A stretch of 64,000 bases of DNA from Elusimicrobiota bacterium (GTDB taxonomy: Bacteria; Elusimicrobiota; Elusimicrobia; FEN-1173): contig JADKIY010000007.1 in NCBI GenBank assembly GCA_016722575.1, positions 5,276-69,275 on the forward strand, written 5' to 3'. Below the pieces are notes generated by a model. The model did no database searches, was not told the origin of the DNA, and was given only the letters and a program-made list of their open reading frames with translations. Made by a program: the position numbers and the translations under genes. Positions 44,898-58,591 of the stretch are shown one piece after another (position 1 is the first letter of the stretch; every line of letters begins with the position of its first letter).

Positions 44898-45622
44898 TTG
44901 GCCCCGAAGAGGGCGCCGACCCTGTCCCAAAAGGAGAGGTCCCCGTCGGTGGGGTCCGCCGTCGTGTGGGGGCGGTATTTGACTTTGGTGCCGTAGGTCC
45001 GCAGGTGGTCCAGGAGGTCGGGGGTGACCTCGTTGGTCGCTAAATAGTCGAACAGGGCTTTGACGTCCGGCGGGAGGTCCTTGTCCAGGGAGGTGTGGGT
45101 TTGCCCGTCGATGGTGATGACCGAAACCCGTTGGCCACGAAAAAGTTTCACCTCTTTCTCGCCCTGGACGGGGGGCCCGCCGGCGGATTCTGTTTTTTCA
45201 CGGTAAATCGCCTGGTTGCGGGTGGCCCGCCATTGGCGCCATTTGGCCAGGAGTTCGGGGCTGAAGCCGTCCCGTTGGATCCACTCCATAAGGCGCTGGA
45301 CGTCCTCCGGCACATTGGCGTCGCCGGGCCGGTAGGTTTTGCCGTCCAAAATGAGCTCCAAGGCCGGGGGCGGCGCGGCCGGGGCGGGGGCGTTGGAACC
45401 CACCCAGCGGTAACAGGCCCAGCAATGGGTCCGGACCCGCTCGTTGTATTGCCCGCAATGGGCGCAAAGCACCCGATCCACTTCCTGGGTCGTTTCGAAA
45501 CGGAGCTCGCCGATTTCCAAATGATCGAAGCGTTTAAGGCGGTCCAGGGCGGAGCGCACGTCCTCCGGCAGGGCCGGACTCCGGGGAGGTTCCAGGTGGT
45601 CGAAACGGTCGGCGTTACCCAC
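44894..45622 (-). CDS. Zinc-ribbon protein with two tandem ~40-aa repeats, unknown function
   Basis: CAHCGQYNERVRTHCWAC. Repeats LILDGKTYRPGDANVPEDVQRLMEWIQRDGFSPELLAKW and ITIDGQTHTSLDKDLPPDVKALFDYLATNEVTPDLLDHL. It overlaps the AAA+ gene by 8 nt. Confidence 0.55.
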   Translation of the reverse strand: MGNADRFDHLEPPRSPALPEDVRSALDRLKRFDHLEIGELRFETTQEVDRVLCAHCGQYNERVRTHCWACYRWVGSNAPAPAAPPPALELILDGKTYRPGDANVPEDVQRLMEWIQRDGFSPELLAKWRQWRATRNQAIYREKTESAGGPPVQGEKEVKLFRGQRVSVITIDGQTHTSLDKDLPPDVKALFDYLATNEVTPDLLDHLRTYGTKVKYRPHTTADPTDGDLSFWDRVGALFGAK

Positions 45623-47114
45623 GGGCGCGGGCGGCGGGCCGGGTGCGTTGGGCGGCCCAGGTCCTCAGGGCCTCGATTTCTTCGCTCATGGTCCGGGACA
45701 GGGGCACCAGGTCGGCCGCGCTCTGATTCAGGTCTTCGGAAGTCACCTCGCGTCGGGCGGCGAAGGCTTCGTGGAGGGCGGCGACCACCACCTGTTCGAT
45801 CTCGGCGCCGGAGAAACCCGCGGTGGCGGCGACCACCGACGCGGTGTCGAAGGCCGCGGGGTCGCGTTTCTTCTTTTTCAAATGGATGGCCAAGATGGAT
45901 TCCCGCTCGGCGGCGGTGGGAAGGTCGACGAAGAATATTTCGTCCAGGCGCCCCCGGCGCAGAAGTTCCGGCGGCAGGGATTGGATATTGTTGGCGGTGG
46001 CGGCCACGAAGACCGGCTTCGTTTTTTCCTGGAGCCAGGTCAAGAAGGTCGAGAAAACCCGCGCGGTCGTGCCCGCGTCGGAAAAATTGGACGATTGGGT
46101 GCCCGCCAAGCCCTTCTCGATTTCGTCCAGCCACAGGACGCAGGGGGCCACGGATTCGGCGGTCTTGAGGGCCCGGCGCATGTTCTCCTCGGACTGGCCG
46201 ATGAACCCGCCGAAGAGCGCCCCCATGTCCAAGCGCAGGAGGGGCATTTTCCACAGCCCCGAAATGGCTTTGCAAACGAGGGATTTGCCGCACCCCTGAA
46301 CGCCCAGAATCAGGACGCCCCGGGGGGCGGGCAATCCGAACTCCCGGGCGCGGGCGGAAAAGGCGTCGCCCCGCTTGTGGAGCCAATCCTTGATCTCCTC
46401 CATGCCGCCGACCTGGGCGAAGGGAACCTGGGCCTCGAAATATTCCAATATCCGGGACTTTCGAATGACCTGACGGGTCTCCTGAAAAATCATTTCCAGG
46501 GCGCCCAGGTCCAGTTTGCCGTTGGCGACGATGGCTTTGGCGAGGACGTTTTCCATCTCCGCGATGGTGAGTCCCAAAGCCCCTTGAATGAGGCGGTCGC
46601 GGTCCTCCTCCGACAAAGAGACTTCAAAACGGTTGTTGGCCCGTCCGGCGGCAATGACATCCGCGAAGACTTTTTTCAATTCCTCGGGCCCGGGAAGATC
46701 AAAATCGACCACCGTGACCTCTTTTTCAAGCTCGATGGGCACGTTGAGGAGGGGAGATATCAGCGCCAAGGTCCGATGGCTGGCCTTGAACGCCACGGAC
46801 AGTTCGCGGAGCCGGCGCACCACGAGGGGGTCCGCAAAGAACGCGTGGAGGTCCCGAAAAACGAACACAGCCTTGGACGCGAGGGAAGGAAGTTTGTCGA
46901 GCGCGACTTTGGGGTCCCGGGTGGCCGCGTCGGGAGCGCCCGCGGCGTCGGTCAGTCCGGCGGCCGCGGACCAGGTGAAGACCTCTTTGCCCAACCGGGC
47001 GGCGATGTCGCGCAGCAAGCGCTCGGCCCGTTCTTCTTCCCATGAAACAAGTTGAAGGAGGGGGTACCGAGCGCGGATCAGGGTTTCGATTTCCGTCTCT
47101 TGGGGGGAGGCCAT
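45615..47114 (-). CDS. AAA+ ATPase (Ycf46-like)
   Basis: Walker A GVQGCGKS, Walker B LWLDEIEK and second region of homology ATANNIQSLPPELLRRGRLDEIFFVDLP. About 500 aa with a long N-terminal domain. Confidence 0.8.
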   Translation of the reverse strand: MASPQETEIETLIRARYPLLQLVSWEEERAERLLRDIAARLGKEVFTWSAAAGLTDAAGAPDAATRDPKVALDKLPSLASKAVFVFRDLHAFFADPLVVRRLRELSVAFKASHRTLALISPLLNVPIELEKEVTVVDFDLPGPEELKKVFADVIAAGRANNRFEVSLSEEDRDRLIQGALGLTIAEMENVLAKAIVANGKLDLGALEMIFQETRQVIRKSRILEYFEAQVPFAQVGGMEEIKDWLHKRGDAFSARAREFGLPAPRGVLILGVQGCGKSLVCKAISGLWKMPLLRLDMGALFGGFIGQSEENMRRALKTAESVAPCVLWLDEIEKGLAGTQSSNFSDAGTTARVFSTFLTWLQEKTKPVFVAATANNIQSLPPELLRRGRLDEIFFVDLPTAAERESILAIHLKKKKRDPAAFDTASVVAATAGFSGAEIEQVVVAALHEAFAARREVTSEDLNQSAADLVPLSRTMSEEIEALRTWAAQRTRPAARARG

Positions 47115-47297
47115 GGAAACCCAAGTCTAACGGCAATCGGTGTTTTCGTCAACGGTGGGGGGGCGCCTTCGCGGCCCGGGGAAAGCCCCGAGGCGTATTT
47201 TAAGGATTGAATATATGACAAAATTGGTATACTATTGAAAGGACAAAGCACCGTCCGCTGGGGAATTGCGAAAACGAAGGCAAATTTTCATGGCTTC

Positions 47298-47327
47298 TTG
47301 ACAGTTTCGGCCGGCGGTTGATATACT
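47298..47327 (+). promoter_or_regulatory. Putative sigma70-type promoter of the PFOR gene
   Basis: TTGACA (47298-47303), an 18-nt spacer, then TATACT (47322-47327). A second candidate with an extended -10 (TGGTATACT) lies near 47225-47233. Confidence 0.4.
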
Positions 47328-47398
47328 TACGACGATACGAACGCACTGCGGCCTTTCCTCTCTGCCATAAGAGCCATCCCCTTAAGTATGCACGTTGA

Positions 47399-51077
<3,679 letters not shown>

Positions 51078-51101
51078 GCTTCAACGGTTGATTTGAACGA
51101 A

Positions 51102-51143
51102 AGATCCCGGGGGACACATGGCCCTCCGGGATCTTTTTATTTG
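51102..51143 (+). terminator. Rho-independent terminator after the PFOR gene
   Basis: A 9-bp stem AGATCCCGG/CCGGGATCT with a 15-nt loop, followed by TTTTATTT. Confidence 0.6.
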
Positions 51144-51283
51144 GGGGGATCTTATTCGATCGTCCGGAGGAACGGAGGGACGGGAAAATCCCGGAGCCAA
51201 CGGATCTTCCTCAGAGGGGAGGGCTTTTTTGGGGGGGGGTGAATCTTGACAAACCGGCCTTTTGGGTCTAGCCTTGGGGTGTC

Positions 51284-51607
51284 ATGAAACTTATACCCGA
51301 AGCGCATTGTCCCCAGTGCAAGGGCCCCATCACGTTTTTCGACGTTCTGGGCATTGTCACCCCCTTCCAATGCATCTATTGCGTTTCCTGCGGGGAGATG
51401 GTTTTCCTTAAGCACCGGTGGACCTTTCTGGTGGTGGCGGTGCTGGCGGGGGCGACGATGTTGATGTTTTCCATCGAGCTCGTCACCAAAAGCCTGGCCT
51501 CGCTGTTGGCGACGCTCTTGGGGGCCTTCGCCGCCCTCGTGGTATTGGAAATCGTCATGACGGGATACGTGGTCAAAAAGAACGACTTGGTGGTGCGGCG
51601 CCGCTGA
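51284..51607 (+). CDS. Small zinc-ribbon membrane protein, unknown function
   Basis: CPQCKG...CIYCVSCG followed by two TM helices. A clean terminator lies downstream. Confidence 0.5.
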   Translation: MKLIPEAHCPQCKGPITFFDVLGIVTPFQCIYCVSCGEMVFLKHRWTFLVVAVLAGATMLMFSIELVTKSLASLLATLLGAFAALVVLEIVMTGYVVKKNDLVVRRR

Positions 51608-51643
51608 CGCCCGGATGCGGTGTTGGTGGTGGAGGAAAATCGG

Positions 51644-51669
51644 ACCCCGCCTTCGGGCGGGGTTTTTTA
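51644..51669 (+). terminator. Rho-independent terminator between convergent genes
   Basis: An 8-bp stem ACCCCGCC/GGCGGGGT with a TTCG loop and a T6 run. Confidence 0.7.
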
Positions 51670-52596
51670 TTTCGGAAGGGGTTGCGGCGCCCGGGTCTTG
51701 AGGTAGGCGACGTAGTCGGCGATGCCTTTTTCCGGCGGGAAAGCGGCTTTGAAGCCCATTTTGGTTTCCGATTTCGTCATGTCGGCGCGTGTGGCTTCCT
51801 GATAGAACCCATACGGGTTGTCGAAATACTCTGTTTTCGGCGAAACCCCCAGGGCGCGGCCCAGGTGGGCGATCAGGTCGTTGAAAGGGGTCCCCAGCCC
51901 CGTGCCGACGTTGAAAACGCCGTTGTCGGGATATTCCCAGGCTTTCCAATTGGCGGCCACGACGTCTTTCACGTAAACAAAATCGCGGTACTGTTCGCCC
52001 CATTTGAAAATGCGGGGGGATTTCCCGGCGGCGATTTGAAGGTAGAGCTGGTAAATCATGCTGGCCGCGGCTTTTTTGTGAAACTCCAGAGGGCCGTAGA
52101 CGTTGAAATAGCGCAGTCCCACGGTTTTGACCGCCGGGTGGGCGTCGGTGAAGGTTTTGGCGGCCTGTTCCATTTCGACTTTGCTCACGCCGTAAATATT
52201 GGCCGGGGCCGGCGTCTGGTCCTCGCGGTTGGGCACCGGACCTTTCCCGTAGGTGGCGGCGCTGGAGGCGTAGACGACCTTGGGGGTCCCGGTGCGGTGG
52301 GCGGCGTCCAGGATGCGCACGAAGGCCCGAACATTGACGTCCCGCATCAGCTTTTCGTCCATGACGGTGGTGTCGGTGATGGCGGCCTGGTGGAAGACCC
52401 CGTCGAAGCGGCCCAAACCCCCAAAATCGAAATCCCGAATGTCGCCGGCGTGGACGGTGCCTTTGAAATCGGCCAAATTTTCGCGCCGGCCGACGCCGAA
52501 ATGGTCCAAGGCGTGGACCTCGTGGCCCTGTTGGGCCAACGTCAACGACACGTTGGCGCCGATCAAACCGCCGGCGCCGGTGACTAAAAACCGCAT
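51667..52596 (-). CDS. hldD: ADP-L-glycero-D-manno-heptose 6-epimerase-like SDR
   Basis: Start MRFLVTGAGGLIG, then ASSAATYG, YGVSK, GLRYFNVYGP.E.HK, RDFVYVKDV and YQEATRADMTK. It parallels E. coli HldD as I remember it. Confidence 0.7.
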   Translation of the reverse strand: MRFLVTGAGGLIGANVSLTLAQQGHEVHALDHFGVGRRENLADFKGTVHAGDIRDFDFGGLGRFDGVFHQAAITDTTVMDEKLMRDVNVRAFVRILDAAHRTGTPKVVYASSAATYGKGPVPNREDQTPAPANIYGVSKVEMEQAAKTFTDAHPAVKTVGLRYFNVYGPLEFHKKAAASMIYQLYLQIAAGKSPRIFKWGEQYRDFVYVKDVVAANWKAWEYPDNGVFNVGTGLGTPFNDLIAHLGRALGVSPKTEYFDNPYGFYQEATRADMTKSETKMGFKAAFPPEKGIADYVAYLKTRAPQPLPK

Positions 52597-52677
52597 GGAC
52601 GACTCCTTGATTGGGGAATGGGGCCATTTTACCAAATCGGGGGATTGGCGACTCTTGAAATACGGTGAATCGGGGCT

Positions 52678-53232
52678 ATGCTTAAAGCCGACACCATGGG
52701 AACCCTTTTCGATCGATTAACCCCCAAACATTTCGCCCGCGGTTGGCCCATTTTCTGGCGGATGAACCTGCCCCATTGGGTGAGCCTGCTTCATCTCGGG
52801 GGCTCCCTTTCGGCGGCCTACGGGGCCGAGGGCCTTCTGGCCGACGGACTTCTTCGGCGATGGCCCTCGGTGTTGGATTGCCCGTTGTGGACGACGGCCG
52901 CGCTCGGGGGATTGATTTTCGTCGTGTCGTGGCCCTTCGTCCGGTGGTTCCAGCGCGTTCTTCAACGGTGGAGCGACGCGGAGTTTTGGAAATCCCAGTT
53001 CGCTCTCCTCGCCGGGTTGGGAAAGTTGAGCCGCGGAATCGCCACGCTTTTGGGGGTTCTGACGTTGCTGTTTCTTCTGGGAATCGACGGCGTTTTGGCG
53101 GGCGGGTCCTGGTTGAAGGCCTTGTTCTTCCTGTTCGCGTTGGTCCTGGTCGCCGTTCTCAGCGTGATCGTGGGGTTGTACGGGTGGTTGGCCGCCCAAT
53201 GGAGCGAATTGAAAGCGGAGAAAGCCCCATGA
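52678..53232 (+). CDS. Hypothetical membrane protein
   Basis: Four or five hydrophobic segments. Its stop overlaps the pilT ATG (ATGA). The start is ambiguous (52678 or the ATG at 52696). Confidence 0.45.
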   Translation: MLKADTMGTLFDRLTPKHFARGWPIFWRMNLPHWVSLLHLGGSLSAAYGAEGLLADGLLRRWPSVLDCPLWTTAALGGLIFVVSWPFVRWFQRVLQRWSDAEFWKSQFALLAGLGKLSRGIATLLGVLTLLFLLGIDGVLAGGSWLKALFFLFALVLVAVLSVIVGLYGWLAAQWSELKAEKAP

Positions 53233-54299
53233 ACGAAATCAAACCCCTGTTGGCCAAATTGGCCGCGAGCGAGGCGTCGGATCTCCACCTGTGCGCCGGG
53301 TCGCCCCCCTGTTACCGCCTGAACGGCCGCATCGAACCCATCGAACCGGGGGAAAACCCCCTGGAGTTTCGGGACCTGGAACAAATGATTTTCCACGTCC
53401 TCACGGAGGACCAGCAGGCGCGCCTCATGGCGGACCACGAACTGGATTTCTCCGTTGGGTTTTCCGAAATCGGACGCTTCCGGGGCAACGTCCATCGCCA
53501 GCGGGGCACCTGGGCGGTCGTTTTTCGGAAAATCCCCCTGGAAATCCCTTCCATGATCGAACTGGGGGTGCCCGACATCGCCAAAACCTTGGCGCTCAAA
53601 GAGTCGGGGTTGGTGTTGGTTACCGGGCCCACGGGCAGCGGAAAATCCATGACGCTCGCGGCCATGATCGAAACGATCAATCGCGAGCGGGCCTGCCACG
53701 TGATCACGGTGGAGGATCCCATCGAATTCCTCTTCAAAAATCAAAAAGCGCTGATCAAACAGCGGGAAATCGGGTCGGACACCGACGGATACACGACGGC
53801 CCTCCGGCATTCCTTCCGCCAGGATCCGGACGTGCTGATGATCGGAGAGATCCGGGACCGGGAAACCATTTCCATGGCCATCACGGCGGCCAGCACCGGC
53901 CGCCTGGTGTTGGGCACGCTCCACACCATGGACGCCGTGTCCACGGTGGACCGCTTGGTGGAAAGTTTTCCCGCCGACCAACAAAATCTGGTCCGCAACC
54001 AAATCGCGGGCAGCCTGGAGGGGGTGATTTCCCAGCAGCTTGTCCGGAAATCCCACGGAACGGGCCGGGTGCTCGCCGTGGAAATCCTGGTGTCGACCCC
54101 GTCGGTTCGGAATCAAATTCGAACGGGGAAAACCTTTCAGGTCATCAGCGATATCGAAACCGGCAAGCGTTTCGGCATGCAATCCATGAACCAAGCCTTG
54201 CAAGCCCTGGTGACGACCGACTACATCAAGCTGGAGGAAGCCATCCGGCACACGCGCTTCCCCGATCAACTTCTTCAGAAGCTGGGCGTCCCCCAGTAG
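53229..54299 (+). CDS. pilT: Type IV pilus retraction ATPase PilT
   Basis: ASDLHL, Walker A GPTGSGKS, ITVEDPIEF, RQDPDVLMIGEIRD, GRLVLGTLHT and the AIRNLIR-like VRNQIRTGK. Confidence 0.9.
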   Translation: MNEIKPLLAKLAASEASDLHLCAGSPPCYRLNGRIEPIEPGENPLEFRDLEQMIFHVLTEDQQARLMADHELDFSVGFSEIGRFRGNVHRQRGTWAVVFRKIPLEIPSMIELGVPDIAKTLALKESGLVLVTGPTGSGKSMTLAAMIETINRERACHVITVEDPIEFLFKNQKALIKQREIGSDTDGYTTALRHSFRQDPDVLMIGEIRDRETISMAITAASTGRLVLGTLHTMDAVSTVDRLVESFPADQQNLVRNQIAGSLEGVISQQLVRKSHGTGRVLAVEILVSTPSVRNQIRTGKTFQVISDIETGKRFGMQSMNQALQALVTTDYIKLEEAIRHTRFPDQLLQKLGVPQ

Positions 54300-54308
54300 G
54301 GCCTCCGC

Positions 54309-54737
54309 GTGATTCTCAACATCGTGATCGGGGCGTTGTTGTTGGGGGGATGGGCGGCGGGGGCCCATCAGCGCCGGTTGTTGGAGGGGAAAGAGTTCGT
54401 CCAGGGGCGGGTGGTGGAGTTGCCCGAAGGGCGGGGGTCCAAAGGCGGGCGGATCTACGGCGTGAAGGCCGAATTCAAAGACCGCGCGGGGCGTCCGCAC
54501 ACGTACGTTTCGAATTGGAAATCGTCCAGCCCCGGTTACGCCGTGGGCGATCCCATTCGGCTTTTTTTCGATCCCCAAAGCCCGGACCGGTGCGGCGTAG
54601 CGACTTTCGGAATGCGTTTCGGCCTCGCGGCGGGGTTGTGGTTGGCCGGGGCGATCCTTCTGGCGGTCCGGTGGGGGCTTCCGGCGGGGCAATCCTGGTT
54701 TGAGCGGGCTTACCCGCTGACCCGGGGGCCCCAGTGA
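54309..54737 (+). CDS. DUF3592-like membrane protein
   Basis: GTG start. An N-terminal TM helix, a central beta-rich segment and a C-terminal TM helix. The family call is from memory only. Confidence 0.4.
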   Translation: MILNIVIGALLLGGWAAGAHQRRLLEGKEFVQGRVVELPEGRGSKGGRIYGVKAEFKDRAGRPHTYVSNWKSSSPGYAVGDPIRLFFDPQSPDRCGVATFGMRFGLAAGLWLAGAILLAVRWGLPAGQSWFERAYPLTRGPQ

Positions 54738-54756
54738 AAAATTCGAAGGAGGTTCG

Positions 54757-55467
54757 ATGACCGATCATTCGACGCGCTACCGTGTGGTTTTGGCGGACGA
54801 TCATCCGTTGCTGCGGGAATCCATCGCTACTTTTATCGAGGACCACGCGGCCGATCGATTGCAGGTGGTCGCCCAGGCGGCCGATGGGTTGGGAGCCCTC
54901 GAGGCCGTTCAAAAGCACGAACCGCACCTGGTCCTCCTGGATCTCTCCATGCCGCGTTTGGGCGGGCTGGAGGCCATCGGACGGTTGCGGGCCCTGGGCA
55001 AACCCCTGTTGATCCTGGTGCTCTCCAGTTACGACGATCAGGCCCACATCCTCGACGCCATTCGGGCGGGGGCCGACGATTACCTCTTCAAAAAATACGC
55101 AACGGCGGAAGTCGTCGTGGGAAACATCCTCCGAGCGTTGGGCGAACGGCCCTTGTCCCGGGTGGGGACCTTCCAGAAATTGATCCAGTCGGTGCGGGAC
55201 GCCGGATTGACGGTGGTGGAGGGCGCCGAGGGGGTGCTGACCGGGCTGGATCTTGAAATTTTGAAAAAGGTGGCCTTCGACGGGGCCTCCAACGCGGAAA
55301 TCGTCGCGGACTTGGCCCGAAACGGCGCCCCGCTATCGGAAGAAGCCGTCGCCAAGAAACTGGCGCAGGTGATCGAAAAGCTGGGGGCCCGAACGGCCGC
55401 CCACGCCGTCTGTTTGGCGATCAAAAACAATCAGCTGAGCGCCGACGACGCCCGACGGGCGGGCTAG
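54757..55467 (+). CDS. NarL/FixJ-type response regulator (receiver + LuxR-type HTH)
   Basis: VVLADDHPLLRE, LLDLSMPRLGG and the C-terminal HTH LTGLDLEILKKVAFDGASNAEIVADL...TAAHAVCLAIKN. Confidence 0.8.
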   Translation: MTDHSTRYRVVLADDHPLLRESIATFIEDHAADRLQVVAQAADGLGALEAVQKHEPHLVLLDLSMPRLGGLEAIGRLRALGKPLLILVLSSYDDQAHILDAIRAGADDYLFKKYATAEVVVGNILRALGERPLSRVGTFQKLIQSVRDAGLTVVEGAEGVLTGLDLEILKKVAFDGASNAEIVADLARNGAPLSEEAVAKKLAQVIEKLGARTAAHAVCLAIKNNQLSADDARRAG

Positions 55468-57173
55468 CGGGGCGGCGGGGGCCGGGGGCTCTCGTCGTCC
55501 GCGGCCGCGGGGAAAAGCAGGGTGAGGGTCGTTCCCCGGCCTTCCGCGCTCGCGATGTCGACTCGCCCGCCGTGTTGGTCCATGACTTTCTTGATCACCA
55601 GCAGGCCCAGCCCCGAACCGGTTTCCTTGGTCGTCGTTTCTTCAAAAAGGTGTCGGCGCTTTTCCTCCGGAAACCCCGCCCCGTTGTCCCGAACCCAGAT
55701 CGCCACCCCCTCCGCGCGCGTTTCGGTCCCGATGACCACCTCCCCCTGGCTCCCAATGGCCTCCAGGGCATTTTTGGCCGCGTTTAAGAGCGCCTTGCGG
55801 GCTTCGCTTTCCTCCATCCAAGCCAGGGGGGCGGGCGACGCCAGGAGGGTGGTGAGCCGGCAACCGTCGGGCGGGCGCAATTTGGGGACCAGGCGTTGAA
55901 CGAAATGATTGGCGTTGGTTTTTTTGGCGTTCAGGGGCCGGTCCCGGCCGATGGTCAAAATATCCTCGATGAAATCCTCCATCCAATCCAACGTTTCGTA
56001 ACTCAATAAAAAGTGCTTCGCCGCCTGGGCGTCGGGTTCGTTGACGTGGGACAAGATCGCGGCCAGGGAGTTGCGAAGGGCCTGGACCAGCTGGCGCAAA
56101 TCGTGGCCGATGAAGCGCGTCATGCGGCCGAGCACCGAGTCCCGGGCCCTTTTTTCCAATATGGGTTGGGCGTCTTTGAGCAAATGGGCCAGGTCGCCCA
56201 GCTCGTCGTGGGATTGAATGGTGATCAGGGACCCGAAGTGTCCGGTGGTCCACCGTTGGACCGCGTCCATGAATTGGTGCAGGGACTTGGTGATGAAAAC
56301 GCCGAAGAAAACGGCCAACAAAACGGCGAATCCGGTGGCGAAGGCCAGCGAACGCCAAACGCGGCGGCGCACTTTGTCCGCCACCGCCAGGGCGGTCGCC
56401 CGGGGTCGTTCAAACACCACCCACCCCTTGAGGCCCCGAAGCGGTTTCTTGACGCCCAGAACCCGGGAGCCGTCTTCCCGCTTGTACTCCCCCTGGGTCC
56501 ACCGCGGGTCGGTCCAGGGCGCGGGGGCGCGGGGGGGGCGCTCGGGCTTGTCGTCGTTGGATTCGGCCCAGGGCGCCCCCTGGGGGTCCAGGAGGTAGGC
56601 TTTTCCGCCCGCCCCTTCGGCCAAGGTGCCCAGGGATTGCGCGAGGACGAACAAGTTAAGACGCGCGACCAAATAGCCTTCAATGTTATTGGCGGGGGAC
56701 AGGATCGGGACGCAGGTCAGCAACCGGGGATGGGAGGGCGGGACGATTTGCACGCGCCCCAGGAACACCCCGTCTCTGTCCACCGCGGCGCGAAGACGCG
56801 GCCATTCGCTGGACGACACCGGCCGTCCTTTTTTAAAGCGGTGCAGGGCGTGGAGGAGCCGTCCCGCCCGGTCGTGGACCCACAAGTCCGTTAAAATCGG
56901 TTGGGTGTTGAGGGCGGACCCGAGCGTCCGGCTCACCACCGCCCCGGGGGATCGCACGGACAGGTTTCGTCCCATGCCCGTTAGGAGATTGACGGCCGCG
57001 TCGATCTGGCCGTTGACCATGTCCACGGTCCGATCGGCGAGGCCGCTTTGGATTTGAAAGCTGGACGCGGTGAGCGAACGGCTCACCTCCCGTTCCAACC
57101 GAAAGCCGAGCCACCCCAGGGGAACCCAGGCGATGACCAACGACACGAAGATGAATTTTTGCCAGAGCCGCAC
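55464..57173 (-). CDS. Sensor histidine kinase with a periplasmic sensor domain and HAMP
   Basis: Two TM segments, the H-box region FIGHDLRQLV, and HATPase_c motifs VRDNGAGF and GSGLGLLVIKKVMDQHGGRV. Confidence 0.8.
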   Translation of the reverse strand: MRLWQKFIFVSLVIAWVPLGWLGFRLEREVSRSLTASSFQIQSGLADRTVDMVNGQIDAAVNLLTGMGRNLSVRSPGAVVSRTLGSALNTQPILTDLWVHDRAGRLLHALHRFKKGRPVSSSEWPRLRAAVDRDGVFLGRVQIVPPSHPRLLTCVPILSPANNIEGYLVARLNLFVLAQSLGTLAEGAGGKAYLLDPQGAPWAESNDDKPERPPRAPAPWTDPRWTQGEYKREDGSRVLGVKKPLRGLKGWVVFERPRATALAVADKVRRRVWRSLAFATGFAVLLAVFFGVFITKSLHQFMDAVQRWTTGHFGSLITIQSHDELGDLAHLLKDAQPILEKRARDSVLGRMTRFIGHDLRQLVQALRNSLAAILSHVNEPDAQAAKHFLLSYETLDWMEDFIEDILTIGRDRPLNAKKTNANHFVQRLVPKLRPPDGCRLTTLLASPAPLAWMEESEARKALLNAAKNALEAIGSQGEVVIGTETRAEGVAIWVRDNGAGFPEEKRRHLFEETTTKETGSGLGLLVIKKVMDQHGGRVDIASAEGRGTTLTLLFPAAADDESPRPPPPR

Positions 57174-57175
57174 GT

Positions 57176-58444
57176 TTATTCGGGCTCGAGGAAGGAAACC
57201 ACCGCTTTTTGCGCGGATCCCCCTCGGTCGGAATCCCGAGGGCTGCGGGCGACGGTTTTAACGCGTCCGGGGTCGATCCCGTAATCCCGCACCAGAACGT
57301 ATTTGATCCGTTGCGCCCGGGCGGCGGCCAAGGACTCGGCGTTGTTTTCCCGCTCCTCGGCCATCCCTTCGATCAAAGCCAATTGTTCGGGAAAGGCGCG
57401 GAGGTTGTTGGCCAGCTGCCGCACTTCCAGCTGAGCGGCCCCGGCCAAATCGCTGGAGTTTCGTCGGAAATGCAATTCCTGCGCCCATTGCCGGTTGGGC
57501 GGCGGTTCCGGGGCTTCGTCCCGGGGGGCGGGTTTTCCCCGGCCGGCGCTTTTGGGCCCGAGGAGGACGAATCCTTCGCTGTCGGTGAGCGCGCCCCCGG
57601 TCCAGGGAAAAGCCGTCAAGAAGGCCCGGTAAGTCCCCGGGCGGGCGGGATTCCCGTGGGCGCCGAGCCCGTCCCAGTCCAAAGTCGCCGCCAGTTCACG
57701 GGTGCCGGAAAAGGTCCGCATCAATCGCCCGGATTTCATTTCCACCAAACGGACCGACCAGCGTCGGATGCGCAGGGGTTCAAAGAGAAAAAGGGAAACC
57801 GAAACCCGGGTCTCTCCGTCGGGAGACACGGGCCCCGGGGCCGTGTGAACGTGCACGGTGGGGCCCTCCGTTTCACTTTTCCGCAACGGCGGTTTGACGG
57901 GTTGTATGGCCAGCCGAAATCCTTCAAAACCCTCGGCGGTCCCGCTGGCGAACCGAAGGTAAAAGGAAGCCGGCGGCAGGGAGAGGGGGAGAAACACCTC
58001 GGCCCCAAGACGGAAGGCCTGCAAGGAGCGCTTTCGATCCTTTTCGGTGGAGCGGGCCGGGCGGACGATGGTCACCCCCACGGCCGCGTCCGGAAACGTG
58101 AGGGCGTAGTCCCGGCAAAGGGCCAGGAGGGTCCGGGCGCGATCGGTCAAGGCTTCCCCGTCGTTGGCGAACAGCGATTCCGAATACAGCGCCAGCGACG
58201 CGCCCCCGCCCCGACGATCCACGCGGAGTCCGGAATAGAAATTGTCCATTTTCGAAAGGAGGGATTCCCGGTTCTTGGTCAGTTCGTCGGTTTTGACGGC
58301 GTTGTCGACGGGCCCGGGCGAAGAGGGGTCCGCCGCGACGGACCGTCCTCCGGCGCGGGCCGCCCCGGCGGCGGGGGCGGCCGACGCGGGCCCCCGGACG
58401 GAGGCCATCAGCATGAACAAGAACAGCGCGCGGTGTCGGATCAC
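57176..58444 (-). CDS. Secreted protein with a FlgD-Ig-like middle domain and an OmpA-like C-terminal domain
   Basis: I chose the GTG 58444 start (V)IRHRALFLFMLMASV as a signal peptide. It has DWDGLGAHGNPARPGTYRAFL and the C-terminus FRRNSSDL...AQRIKYVLVRDYGIDPGRV. The upstream part of the 619-aa track ORF looks non-coding. Confidence 0.6.
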   Translation of the reverse strand: MIRHRALFLFMLMASVRGPASAAPAAGAARAGGRSVAADPSSPGPVDNAVKTDELTKNRESLLSKMDNFYSGLRVDRRGGGASLALYSESLFANDGEALTDRARTLLALCRDYALTFPDAAVGVTIVRPARSTEKDRKRSLQAFRLGAEVFLPLSLPPASFYLRFASGTAEGFEGFRLAIQPVKPPLRKSETEGPTVHVHTAPGPVSPDGETRVSVSLFLFEPLRIRRWSVRLVEMKSGRLMRTFSGTRELAATLDWDGLGAHGNPARPGTYRAFLTAFPWTGGALTDSEGFVLLGPKSAGRGKPAPRDEAPEPPPNRQWAQELHFRRNSSDLAGAAQLEVRQLANNLRAFPEQLALIEGMAEERENNAESLAAARAQRIKYVLVRDYGIDPGRVKTVARSPRDSDRGGSAQKAVVSFLEPE

Positions 58445-58591
58445 AGAGTGGGTCCTTTGGGTTCCTCCTCCAAGTGTACTGCTCCCCCGGAAAATTGCAA
58501 GGACCCCCTTGAATATCCGTTCGGGGATGCCCATACTGGGGGGGGCCGTCCCGGGGGGTTTCCGGCGGCCACTTTTTGCGACGCGAGGTCG

